A stretch of 64,000 bases of DNA, from positions 4,836,001 through 4,900,000 of the forward strand of contig NC_042997.1 of assembly GCF_006345805.1 (NCBI RefSeq), given 5' to 3'. The DNA is from Octopus sinensis (Eukaryota). The position numbers and the translations under genes were made by a program. The notes beneath the pieces are model-generated. The model was not told the origin of the DNA, searched no databases, and was given only the letters and a program-made list of their open reading frames with translations. Below, piece after piece: positions 63,010 to 64,000 of the stretch (position 1 is its first letter; each line of letters starts with the position of its first letter).

Positions 63010-64000
63010 AGTCTTTCAAGTGCTTAGAACCTTCTTGATAATCGTTGCACTTTTGTCTATTTCTTTTGCGTTTAGTTTAGTCCAGTATTTACCATGAAGG
63101 GGCTTTTCTTGCCATCGTTTTATCATGGTTCGTTGCTGTTCTATTTTTAGTTTGGATTTCATTTGTTTTATAGCTTTTCTTGTTTCTTCTTCTTCTACTT
63201 CTTCTCCTTCTTCTTCTTCTTCTTCTTCTTCTTCTTCTTTTTCTTCTTCTTCTTCTTCTTTCTTCTTCTTCTTCTTCTTCTTCTTCTTCATCTTCATCTT
63301 CTTCTTCTTCTTCTTCTTCTTCTTCTTTTCTTCTTCTTCTTCTTCTTCTCTTCTTCTTCTCTTCTTCTTCTTCTTCATCTTCATCTTCTTCTTCTTCTTC
63401 TTCTTCTTCTCTTCTTCTTCTTCTTCTTCTTCGTCTTCTTCTTCTTCTTCATATTTATTAGGTGATGTGATTTCTTATTTGTATTTGTCAGCTTCCTTAA
63501 ATACTGAGAACATTTTTTTTGTTTTGCTCGTGTTTTGTCGCTATTTGTATCAGTTTTCCTTCTTTCTGAAGTAGATATTTTTGCAGTCCTATGGTGGTTA
63601 TTTTATAGTAGTTTTCCAGGTGTATAAGGCCTCGACCACCTTCTATACGTTGTATATATAGTCTTTCATTGTCAGATTTTGGGTGATGCATCCTAGATCC
63701 TGTCATTATTTTTCTTGTTTTCCTATCTATTTTGGTCAGTTCATTTAGTGTCCAGTTAAGGATATTGTAGCTGTAAATTATAACTGGGACAGCTAAAGTG
63801 TTAATACCGATTTTCTTGTTATTAGCATTGAGCTCTGTTTTTAATATTGATCTAACTCGTCTATAATATTCTTTATTTACTTTCTCTTTCCTTTGTGTGT
63901 CTTGTGTCTTATTTAGTTCATGGGTTCCTAAGTATTTGTAAGTTTGGCTTTGGTCTAATTCTTTTATTTCATTGGTTTTATCTAGTGTGATGTTACTACT
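63010..64000 (-). mobile_element. R4/Dong-like LINE RT C-terminal region, continuing beyond the window
   Basis: YKYLG, AINTLAVPV, RMHHPKSDNERLYIQRIEGGRGL and WQEKPLHGKYW; homologous to 8069-8683. Confidence 0.85.
63185..63450. repeat. (TTC)n microsatellite inside the Dong-like ORF
   Basis: Directly visible. Confidence 0.97.

Overview
AT-rich eukaryotic genomic DNA dense in microsatellites and transposon debris. Composition and SINE types suggest a coleoid cephalopod, probably Octopus; this is inference from recalled repeat families, not a database match. One host gene is supportable: a + strand CAP-superfamily (SCP/antigen 5/CRISP-like) secreted protein gene. It has three frame-consistent GT-AG exons (46489-46641, 57479-57569, 61982-62121) and a candidate signal-peptide first exon (43509-43567, which needs a 1-nt homopolymer correction), and it continues past the window end. 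The rest is mobile DNA: two young Penelope-like (PLE) insertions built as large inverted repeats inside (TA)n tracts, R4/Dong-like RLE LINEs at (TAA)n tracts, two CR1-like LINEs, RTE-X and Tx1-like fragments, a decayed Helitron, Tc1/mariner remnants and tRNA-derived SINEs. The main hunt result is about ten minimal hammerhead ribozyme (HHR) motifs from five unrelated sequence families. Most sit in fold-back elements, usually next to (TA)n. They include a non-canonical U3-A8 core in the young PLE and tiny non-coding HHR hairpins inside introns of the CAP gene. All alignments and folds were done by eye, and repeat boundaries are approximate unless stated.
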